From Phyllosticta citribraziliensis (taxonomy: Eukaryota): a DNA stretch of 64,000 nucleotides. The DNA lies in contig NW_027117344.1 in the NCBI RefSeq assembly GCF_038025025.1, positions 868,001 through 932,000 of the forward strand, in the 5' to 3' direction. The translations under genes were made by a program, and so were the position numbers. This document shows, piece by piece, positions 52,167 to 64,000 of the stretch (position 1 is the first letter of the stretch; each line of letters begins with the position of its first letter). The notes under the pieces are model-generated. The model saw only the letters and a list, made by a program, of their open reading frames with translations. It did not search any database and was not told the DNA's origin.

Positions 52167-52493
52167 TACCTGCTCTGGCCCCCTTGCCTAGGTAGAAGGA
52201 GGAAGTGCAGTCCATCCACGAAGCAAGCCATCAAGCACCTACATCCAACAGCGACGTTCTCGCCACATCGCGGCATACCACGTATATGTCCATACAGCTG
52301 GCCATCGCCGAAGTAGCCGGTTAGTTCCAAAACCAACCCAACCTCGTCACCTCCCTAGCCATGAAGCGACCCAGCTACCTTACCTAGCAGCTAGCCACCA
52401 AGCTAGGCCGTTCGTCCGCAAAGTAAACATGCAGCTAACAGACGAACAAACGTGTTTCGTTTCCCCCGCCGCCGCCGCCGCTGCCCCCGCACG

Positions 52494-52533
52494 CTTGCCT
52501 TGCCTTGCCTTGCCTTGCCTTGCCTTGCCTTGC
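52494..52533. repeat. Microsatellite (CTTGC)8
   Basis: Read directly. Confidence 0.9.
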
Positions 52534-54196
52534 CTCGCATCGCATCCGCATGACATGACACATGACATGCCCGGCGTTGGTTGGCATATGTACCTAGCCA
52601 GCACTCGTCGTTGCCCAACTGTCTGCCCACCTCTCTCTCGCACTGCGAACCTGCCCTACCTTGGCGCGAACAGGTCGCCGCCCCACCGTTCGAGCCCGAG
52701 GCCTTGTTGCAGCTAGCTACTGCTTGATGCAGCTGCTGCCTACGCGTCCTACCGGCCGATGTAGCTGCATGGCGATGACGTGACGACACACAGGAAAACG
52801 GTTTATCTCAGGAAATTTGCTGGACCGGCCTTTTGTACTTGTTGGTAGTAGGTAGGTAGGTAGTACTCTCAAGGTAATCTAGGTAGCAAATGGCGATAAT
52901 GATACCATACATACCGGCCAGTAGTGCAAGTGGCCTACCCGGTTACCGTACAGTGAAACGGAGGAGGATGATGGCACTTGTTTTTTGTCCCCTTTTCTTT
53001 CTCTCCAATAGTCCTCCTCGTCACATCTCGTCTCTTTCTCTCAAACATACAGATGTTTGTATGAAATGTAGCAGCAACTGCGAGACTTTCAAGGAAAAAA
53101 ATGAAAAATAAAAGACCAATGAAGACTCCAAAGGCTCTCGCAAACCGAGAGGGGGAGAGCCCTGTCCTGTCCTGTCCGAGTTCAATCCATCCCATCCCAT
53201 GTCGGAAATTGTCTTCGGTCCAGCCAATACTGACGACCCATTTTTTGTAATGACTCTTTCTCCAAATCAGACCAATCCAAAACCGTATGAAAGAAAATGT
53301 GAACAACAATAATAAAACCAGTGCTGGTGTTCGGCGCACGTTGCCAAATCATGCCGCCAGAGAGAACAAAGGACCAAATCGAGAGAAATGTGTGGAAGAC
53401 ATTAAACCAATGTACTGGACGATGGCCGGTGGAGCGGCACAGCAGATAATCAAATCCCGCCTGTCTTTCTCGTCTGTTTGATTTGCAAAAGACTGGCAAG
53501 AAAGAAAAAGAAAAGAAAGGAAAAAGGGGGTGATTCGTCGTATTAATATTAAAGTCGAGTACCGTAATGACTGTTCAGGGCGTGAGGAAAGCAGACACCG
53601 TCTCCAGACGCCGAGATAACGAACGATAAGCCGAACCTTGAGAGGGCTGGACCTGAAGAGCGAAGCGGGAAAATAAATCGCTCCCTTGTACATCTTGCTG
53701 GATCTCGGAGCAGTCCGCGCCGGATGAAAAAAGGCCCCGGATTGGCGTATTAAGTAGTAATGAACGAATTAAAGCATTAAGCTCATCGAAACGCATCGAG
53801 TCGAGTCTGATGGCAGACAAAGGCCGTTGTCGCTCGCTCCGGCTTGAAAAGTACAGACAGACGGATCGTCGATCCAAACAAGCTCCAACGCCGACGCTGC
53901 TACCGTCCCAGAGAACACCATGGAGACAAGGCCGCGAAAAGATTTTGGCAGAAAGATCAATCAAGTAATGCGACAAACAGCAGCTTCGGAGCTGCAAAAG
54001 TATTCGCAGATCGGCTCGCCTCCAGAGCCGGGGTATATCCAGGAGGCCAATTCCGTGAGAGAAACAAATGTGCAGAGACATCGACAACCAAGATGCTCGT
54101 GCCGTAGTCGAAATGGTCCGATTTCGTGTCCGTAAGAAATGTCTCTTTGACGTGCAAAAAATGCCCAACGTCGCTATCGAACCAATGAGAGCGCGC

Positions 54197-56546
54197 TCAT
54201 GCCTTGAAGTCGCCAGGAGTTTGATTCGCAAAAATGTAGCTCTTTGGCTGAGACTCGCGCCGCCGCGGCGCATTTCCCCCGAACCCAGACGGATCTGGCG
54301 GCGAGTACTGATGCACAAACAAGTCCTGCTGCATTCCAGGCATGTAGTGCATGTCAGGACCCAGGTGCATCTGCTTGTCCATTGCAGACGGGTCCTGCGC
54401 AAACTGCATGGATTGGGCTAGGTCCATCTCGCTGGTGTTGATGATTGGCACGCCGGGATGCATGGGGAAGTCAAAACCAGGTTGCATCATGCCGGCCTCG
54501 GGCATCGACGGCCTGCGGAAAGATTGGTGGTGATCCAGCTGAGGCTCCCCCATGGCGGGATGAGGGACAAACAGGTTCCGAGGAAAACTCTGCTGCGTTG
54601 CAGGAGCAGACTGTGGAGGCGTGTCCTTGAAAGTCGGTCTGGCGGCCATTAACGAAATCAAGGAATGTGGGGTCTCGGGCGGCGATGCGCTGGAAAAGAC
54701 GGAAGTTGAAGGAGCCATGCTAAAAGCTGAACTTGGCGCATCGACTTGGCTGAGGTCTTCGTGGCTATGCATGCCGGCGCTCCCTGGTGCGCAGCTCCAG
54801 GTCGGAACACCCGGCGTGAGAGGCGTAGGTGGAGCCAGCGACGCACTTCTTGCCATGGGAGGGCCGTTGATGTTGGCGTGGCCGTATCCGGAGAGGACGT
54901 CTTCGTTGAAAGCAAACTGGAGAGGCGAGCGTTGAGGAGGTCCTGGCATCGGTTTCTGAATACGCCCGCCGCCGCTGAACAAACCGGTGGAGCGAGTTTT
55001 GCGCACGCGCATGTTGGCCTTGAGGTGTTGATTGGAAGCGCCGGGAGACGAGGGCATTCCGCCGCTGTATGAAGCACTGCGCAAGGATGCTTGACCCAGC
55101 GCCGCAGGGCGTGGTCGTTGCCTTCGCGCCGCGATGCTCGAAGATTGATCATGTTTGAAACCCATGTCGGAACCCGGCCCTTGAATGTCAACATTGCTCA
55201 TTGACTGGCTGAGAAGCCCCGCGGGAGAGTCGTGATTGGCAGAATCGTCGGCAAAACCCAACTGCTGGTTGAAGTCAGGTGCACTCGACATGAGCGTCTG
55301 GTTCGACGTGTTGTTGTGATGGTACACATCCTGGCCAAAGTTTTGCATCCATTGGGTATCTGTCGGATCAATGCTTCCTGACCGTTCGTGAGCAGATTGA
55401 TTGGACGGAGTCGCGCCACCGTCGTCCATCCAACCGGACTGCAGAGAGGTTGCCGAAGAGTTGGCATTGTTGAGAGACTGTGGTCCGGAGCAAGGCGAAG
55501 CGGAGGCGGACAAGGATTTCCGAGCAAACGAGGCAGGCGCGGATGAGGCGAGGGCGTCAAACTCAAAATCCCCGCCAGGCATCCCCCCGAAACCCCCACC
55601 AAGAACATCGCCCGGGCCGTAAGAGTCGGAAAATTGAAGATGGTCGTCCGGCATGCTGGAAAGGCCCGGGGGATCGGACATCATGTAGGGATCGTCCATG
55701 GGAAGGCTCTGTGACATGGAGAGGCCATTGGTGGTCTGCACGTCGTAGCCAGCGCTCGCCAGAGATGCCATGATGCCGTCGTAGGAACCCGGCTGGGTCG
55801 ACTCGGATATCGATTGCAGAGCGTGGCCGTGCGGACTGCTGTAGTCTTGGGTGGATATTTGGGGCATGGCCATTTCTGGAGAGGGAGCGACGGCGAATCC
55901 ATTGCCGGGCAACGAAGACGAGGTCATGGTGGAGTTTGCGTAAAAGTCTTGAGGTTGCGACTGCGGGGGAATCTGCATCATGGGTCGCATTGGAATTTGC
56001 TGCGATTGCTGCTGGGGTTGGTGCTGCTGATGCGGTTGGGGCGGCGGGGGGTGCTGCTGCTGCTGCTGCTGGGGCTGGGGCTGGGGCTGCTGAGGCTGTT
56101 GCATCTGTTGGTGCATTTGCTGCTCAAGCTGCTCCCGCTGTGCCTGGGCCTTTTTCAATTCCTGCTTGACCTTTGCGCGACGGTTTTGGAACCAGTTCTG
56201 AGAATTGTCAGCACGGGGACTGAACTGGACCCTGACGCGACCTCGGGCGACCTACGTTGATCTTCTCCAGGGGCACGCCCAGGGCCTCGGCGAAGCCCTT
56301 TTTTGTCGAAGTGCTCGGTTTGTTTTGCTGTTGAAAGTGTGCCTCGAGAATGTCGTGCTGCTCCTTTGTGAGGCGCGGTTTGGCTTCCTGGCACACGGGA
56401 TGCGGGTGCATGGGGTGCTGCGGCAGCCTGACGTTTGGCTCGGACGAGACCTTGATCAGGTGGTGGTGAGGGTGGTTTGGATGGTGAAGCTGGTCGGGAG
56501 GATTCGGGGGGCCGTGAAAGGCCATGGTAGCGGCGTACTGGGCCAT
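54197..56546 (-). CDS. Homeodomain transcription factor, likely the Hbx1/HbxA/Htf1/Pah1 developmental-regulator group
   Basis: Exons 56546-56256 and 56197-54197. Homeodomain KPRLTKEQHDILEAHF...KINNWFQNRRAKVK, poly-Q, and C-terminal IAARRQRPRPAAL and TPPQSAP motifs that I recall from this clade. Confidence 0.9.
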
Positions 56547-57611
56547 GATGGCCTCGAGTGGTGTTGTCGCAGGAGTGGTGGGTTGACGTGACGGTGAGCA
56601 AGGCTGTGGAGTGGACTGGGAGGGAGGCGGCTTAATCGAGGGAGTGAGTGAGTGGGGAGACGGACGGTCGACGGTCGACGGAGGACGGAGATTGGGACGA
56701 AATGGGAAGGAACGAGCGACTCGGGGTTTGTAAAGAAAGGTTTGGTCGAGGGAGCCAGAGGGCGAGCAAGAAAGGAGGGAGAGGGCTGATTGGGAGCGAC
56801 TGGGAGAGGAGAGGAGAGGTGGGTGGACGGAGACGGGACTGGGACTGGGACTGGCACTGGGAGAGACGGACGAGACCTGACCTGAGCTTGGGCTGGCTGG
56901 CTGGCTGGCTGGCTTAGCGAGGCCCGCCCGTCGAAGGGAACGATGGAAACGAAGACTGGGGGAGAGGACTACCTAGGAGTAGGGAGGGGTGCCCGCAGCC
57001 GCAGCGAGCCAGCGAATTTGCCCGCCGCCGCCGCCGCCGCCGCCTCCCACGGACCCATCCCATCCACTTCCCGTCATCCACTCGACGCCGACGCTCAGGT
57101 CAACATGTGCCTCGCGACGGTGCAGCTCTCCAGCGTCATTGTTGTTATTGTTATTATTATTATCACCCTCGCCGTCCTCGTCCTTTCTTTTCTTTGCGCA
57201 ACTCCTCACGCACGGTCAAGGGGCTGGCGCACTCCCGCCCGTCTGCCCGTCCGTCCGCCTGCCCCGTACTGTACCTTGCAGCTGTGGCCCAACTCCCAAC
57301 TCCCAGCTCCCAACTCCCATCCAGCCGCCGGACCCTCAGCCTCCGCCCAAACCCAAAGGAACCCTCTCGCCAGCCCATCTCGACTGCCCAGCCTCTGACG
57401 ACCATCTCTGTCGTTCGTATCTCCAACGCAAGGGCAAACCTACTCACACGTCCAAGCAATGCGCTGTAACCCTTCTAGAAATCCTGCAGTCTACCTACAT
57501 GAATGCACCTGATGCAATGCAACCCACGCCGAATCGAATCGCCTCAGTCGCGCCCGGACAAAAGCAAATTTGCAAACCCCGACCCACGCGTCATGTCCAT
57601 GTTCCTGATCT

Positions 57612-58520
57612 CTAGCCCTGCCAGGCATTGCCAATCTCGATGCTGATTCGCCCGCTCTCCTTGTCGTACCCCCTCAGCGTCATGCTCTGCCCGTCGGCTA
57701 CGATCCAGTCCGCTCCGGCCTCCTTCAGCTGATCAACACCGTGTGTCGTCGCCAGTGCAACCACCTTGAATCCCGCTGCTTTGCCAGCCCTCACTCCGGC
57801 CGGAGCGTCCTCCAACACCAGCACCGCCGACCCCTTGGCCAGCTGGAGCTTCTCCGCTCCGAGCAAGTAGCATGCCGGGTCGGGCTTGCCGTGGACCACG
57901 TCTTCGGCCGTGACGACGTGCTTTGGACGCGCCAGCTGGAGTCTGTCGAGCCAGCCCGTGAGCAGAGGCCGCGTGCCCGAAGTCACAATGGCCCATGGTG
58001 CTCCCGCCGCTTCGAGCCCGTCCAACAGCGCTCGGCTGCCGGGAATCTCGACGGCGTCGTGGCCAAATTCCTTGGGGACGCTGCCTTCCATTGACGACAC
58101 GTCTGCCGGCTTGGTGTCAATAACAGTGCAATTGTCAGATGGGGGCAGCAAGAGGCCTCGACTGACAGTCCCACGTGGCGAGGCTCGGGTTGTAAATCCT
58201 TATCACGTCGATTGACCGCCTCCCATGCGAAGTCTCCAGGATGGTATTGGGATCTACTCCCAGCAGCTTGCCCATCCTACATGCGGCAAATCAGCACTGG
58301 GCCCACCGACGCTCGAACTGCAGGCATTGAAACCTACTTGTGCCAGTACTTGACAATGGCGGCCGTCGAATCTATAATGGTGCCATCGCAGTCCCACAGC
58401 TATAGGAGCCCGTCAGGTCAGCTTAGCTCCGGGCAAGACATGGACGACTCTGGCTGGGCTCACCAAGCCAACAAAGTCGTGGACCTCGGGAGGTGCCGAG
58501 AATCGGGATTCGCTTAGCAT
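57612..58520 (-). CDS. HAD phosphatase, glycerol-3-phosphatase/2-deoxyglucose-6-phosphatase (Gpp/Dog) family
   Basis: Multi-exon gene starting MLSESRFSAPPEVHDFVGL-LWDCDGTIIDST (motif I). Also SHGRR, WAIVTSG, GKPDP and EDAPAGVRAG. Confidence 0.9.
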
Positions 58521-59500
58521 GGCAGGAACCGAGGGGGTGGGAATGGCTGTGGAGATGAGCAAAAAAAAAAGCCGGAGGATTGCAGAGGACCCGGGGGGCG
58601 TGAGCGAGGCGTTGGGTTAGGTTGTGCGGGTCTGGGGTGATTGATGTGAGATGTCTGTCATTTTATATTGTCGAGACATGTCCGAAATGGGGGCCTCGCG
58701 GGTGCGCTGCTGTTGCTGGAAAGCCTTCCTCAGACCATGTCCCACGCAGTCGGTCCTTCAACAGTCGTTGGCTGCCGTTGCGCGCGGTCGGTCGAGGTCA
58801 GCAGTCAGGTCAGGTCGTCTTTGCGCCCACCAGCCCTACGCATCGCACCTTCTCATCAGTAGACTCTGCTATCACTGTCGAACCGAACCAAGCCAACCTA
58901 AGCCACTCAGCTTCTGGCCTACCTTGGCCCAAGGTCACGTTGACTGGCAGAAGACTACCTTGGCCGTACTTGACCGCGTCCAACTTGGCTCTCCATCAAT
59001 TGACATGCAGCATGTCGATGAGGGTGCAGCCAAGGTAAGCTCACGGGCGGCGCGGGCCGAGCGCGCTCTCCGCCACGACGTCGTTCGTCTCAGGTTGTCT
59101 CTGGACGCGTCGACAGTCGACTGTACACTACCTACTGTACTGTACCTGCATGAGGCTTGCCGTTCTCGACGAGGCCTGCTCTTCCTCGCAACCGTCTCTT
59201 ACCGGTCAATCTGCCGTGATTCCAACCCAGCCCGCGTGGGCTGTAAGCTAGCTCAAGCGCAACCCCAAAATGACAAGGTCGTCTGTGGTCGAACTACCGA
59301 GAGCGAAAATGGTGGCTTGACCCGCTCTCCTCCGCGAATCCGACGGATCGGCCTGAGTTGAGGCCCATGTCGCGACGTTGCATGTGATTGGGCCGTGGCC
59401 AGACCGGCGTTTATCCGCCAAATCTTGGCCCAAGTCCGGCCAAAAATTCGAGCACCAAGTAACTTTTGCGACCTCAACCCGCAATCTGCCACAACACGCC

Positions 59501-61249
59501 ATGAAAGTCGGAAGTACGTACAGACAAGATCTGGCCATGTCGTCACCCCGCTGATGACATTTTTCTTAGAGCCCAAGTCGAAGCGCGTCCCCGTGCGCCT
59601 GCGCCACAAGATCGAAAAGGCCTCTGCCAACAAGCAGCGCAAAGAGCGCAAGCAGGCCAAGAAGGTACGAGAGACCCTTTGCTTGGGTCGCTGCGACTCG
59701 TACAAAAAGCTCACAACCTTTGTAGAACCCCGAATGGAGGTCCAAGGTCAAAAAGGACCCCGGCATTCCCAACCTGTTTCCCTTCAAGGACAAGATTCTG
59801 GCCGAGATTGAGGAGAAGAAGCGAATGAAGCAGGAGGAACAGGCCAAGCTCCGCGAAGAGGCTAGGGAGCGCAAGGCTGAAAAGAAAAAGGCCGGCGCTG
59901 CGGATGGCGCCGACGAAATGGAAGACGACGATGAGGATGAAATGTTTGATTTGGAGGAAGATGACGATGACGCCATGGATGAGGTATGTCGAGTCGGCTC
60001 CAAGCTACAAAGTGACCTGGCTAACGATCACCAGGACGACGCGAATCCCATGGCCGCCCTGATCGCATCTGCTAGGGCCCGGGCAGCAGAGTATGAGGCA
60101 CAACATGATGACGACGACGAGATGGACGAGGAGGACAATGGATGGAACGCCATGGACGACGACGAGAACTCTCTACGAAAAGACTCTTCGAGAAAGGCCT
60201 ACGACAAGATTTTCAAACAAGTGGTGGAAGCGGCAGATGTTATTCTTTACGTCTTGGACGCCAGGGACCCCGAAGGCACCAGGTCGAAAGAGGTTGAGCG
60301 CCAGGTCATGGCAGCAGAGGCGGGCAACAAGCGTCTCATTCTCATCTTGAACAAGATTGACCTGATCCCTCCCCCGACCCTCAAGGCCTGGCTCACGCAC
60401 CTCCGTCGCTACTTTCCCACCCTTCCAGTTCGCGCCTCGAATGCCGCACCGAATGCTCGAACTTTTGACCACAAACAGCTCACTGTCAAGGGCACGTCTG
60501 AGGCACTTTTCAAGGCGCTCAAATCATACGCCCAGTCCAAGCAGCTGAAGAGGGCAATCTCTGTCGGCATCATTGGGTACCCGAACGTCGGCAAGTCTTC
60601 CGTCATCAACGCCTTGACTTCTCGCATTGGCAACCGCCAAGCAGCCTGCCCCACAGGTGCTGAAGCCGGCGTGACGACGAGCCTCCGCGAGGTGAAGCTA
60701 GACAGCAAACTCAAGCTCATCGACTCTCCTGGTATCGTCTTCCCATCATCGCACAACAACACCCAAAAGGCTGAAGAGCAGGCGCGCCTGGTCCTGCTCA
60801 ATGCCATTCCTCCCAAGGAAATCAACGACCCGGTACCCGCCGTCAACCTCCTTCTCCAGCGCCTCTCCAAGTCGGAAGACATGTTCAACAAACTTCTGGC
60901 AGTTTACCAGCTCCCGGCACTCATGGCTCCCGACGGCGATGTCACGACCGACTTCCTCGTTCAAGTGGCACGGAAGCGCGGTCGTCTCGGCAAGGGAGGC
61001 GTGCCGAACTTGCACGCTGCTGCCCTGACGGTCATTACAGACTGGCGGGACGGCAGAATTCAGGGGTGGATGGATGCGCCGACTTTGCAGTTGGCACCTG
61101 ACGCGACGCTGACGGTGAAAACGCCTGAAGGCGTGTCAGAGCCGGCCGGTGACCACAAGCAGATTGTCACGGAGTGGGCAGCAGAGTTCAAGCTTGATGG
61201 GCTGTGGGGAGAGGATGCGGATACCCAGGGCGAGGCCATGGAGACTTGA
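59501..61249 (+). CDS. NUG1: Nucleolar circularly permuted GTPase Nug1/GNL3
   Basis: Multi-exon gene starting MKVGKPKSKRVPVRLRHKIEK. Contains KKDPGIPNLFPFK, VLDARDP, NKID, GYPNVGKSS, DSPG and RGRLGKGG. Confidence 0.93.
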
Positions 61250-61760
61250 TGGAAATGACAAGGGCATAAAGCACAAAAGGTGTTTGGCGTTGGATCAGAA
61301 TTGTGGCTCTAGGGCGGTACTTTCTCAAAAAGAATCGGTTCAAAAGTAAATTTGTAGCTCAATCAGACTGGGCGTTTTCACCATGATGGCGGTTTAACTA
61401 GTTGTTGATATCGAAATGTTGCAAGTTATCTACTCGGCCGAGTCCCACGAGCAACGGCTCTTCTCCACAGGGTTTGCTCGATGCTCGCCTGGCCGGCCGG
61501 ATGATTTACATGATCTCCACGAGGCCGTCAACTCAGACGTAACTCGGCGGGGGTTGGCCAATCAGACCATTTGTGGATGACGGACCCTATGCCGGTGTCG
61601 GCGGACTGGGCGCAGCTGGGAGCTATGGCCAAATCCGACACTAACCGACGAATCCATACTTCTGGAGCTACTACAAAACCATCTCCGTTCGCCGTGCAGA
61701 GAGGGACTTTTGCGTCTTGAGGTGTCTTAGTTCCGTCTGACCTGTCTCTTCACCTTCATC

Positions 61761-63674
<1,914 letters not shown>

Positions 63675-64000
63675 GCGGAGTGGTTCTTTTGAGGAATAGG
63701 TTTCAAACGTTGGGGGGTTTTGTGTTTTTACGGCATCATGGCATCTCTCTGCAGCATCGAACTGCATATATGAATAAAAGCGATTTTACTGTATCAAACT
63801 GTTGTCATGCCACCACTCTGGAGCTCCGTATCGAGTAACGCATAGCCTGGGTGAAATATTAGATATTTGCCCACTTTCTTTGAATCCTAACTTGAAATTA
63901 AACCTGTAGAGAAATCAATTCGAACTTCAAAAGCACTATTGCAAACAGATGTGATATTGGTTCTCTGCATTTGTCGTCGTTGGAGAGAGCAGACCGTGCG

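Noticed and set aside
51300..54190. ORFs downstream of the homeobox gene, including 53575-54402 (-)
   Set aside because: Microsatellite-rich 3' UTR or intergenic sequence; the ORF overlaps the homeobox end out of frame and has no domain.
58622..59361. ORFs between the GPP-type gene and NUG1
   Set aside because: They lie in a divergent promoter region and have no recognisable protein features.

Overview
Gene-dense, intron-rich nuclear DNA from a filamentous ascomycete (Pezizomycotina, plausibly a Dothideomycete; this is inferred from protein style, GT-AG introns and CTRAC branch sites). I built about 23 spliced protein-coding genes by hand. Most are conserved housekeeping genes: TilS-like lysidine synthase, HSP10, SAM carrier, WD40 protein, GH17 BGL2, DBP4, DnaJ/SPF31, Zn2Cys6 TF, DBP10, RFA2, DUF202, CIA30-like, VPS11, YRA1, ALDH, SDR, Hbx1/Htf1-type homeobox, GPP-type HAD, NUG1 and PUT2. 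Many sit in tight head-to-head pairs. Two intervals look accessory: about 28.4-33.0 kb, holding an orphan secreted protein, and about 41.9-49.5 kb. The second holds the most unusual gene, an ~990-aa orphan with three copies of a paired CCHC zinc-knuckle module and a Nopp140-like 33-aa repeat tail, next to an intact HAD-family gene that appears to have lost its catalytic residues. Also notable are a ~950-nt YRA1 intron with two branch-point candidates and shared motifs in the bidirectional promoters. I found no rRNA, tRNA, CRISPR or intact transposon. I cannot claim a new multi-gene system. All family assignments come from motif recognition by eye, not database searches.
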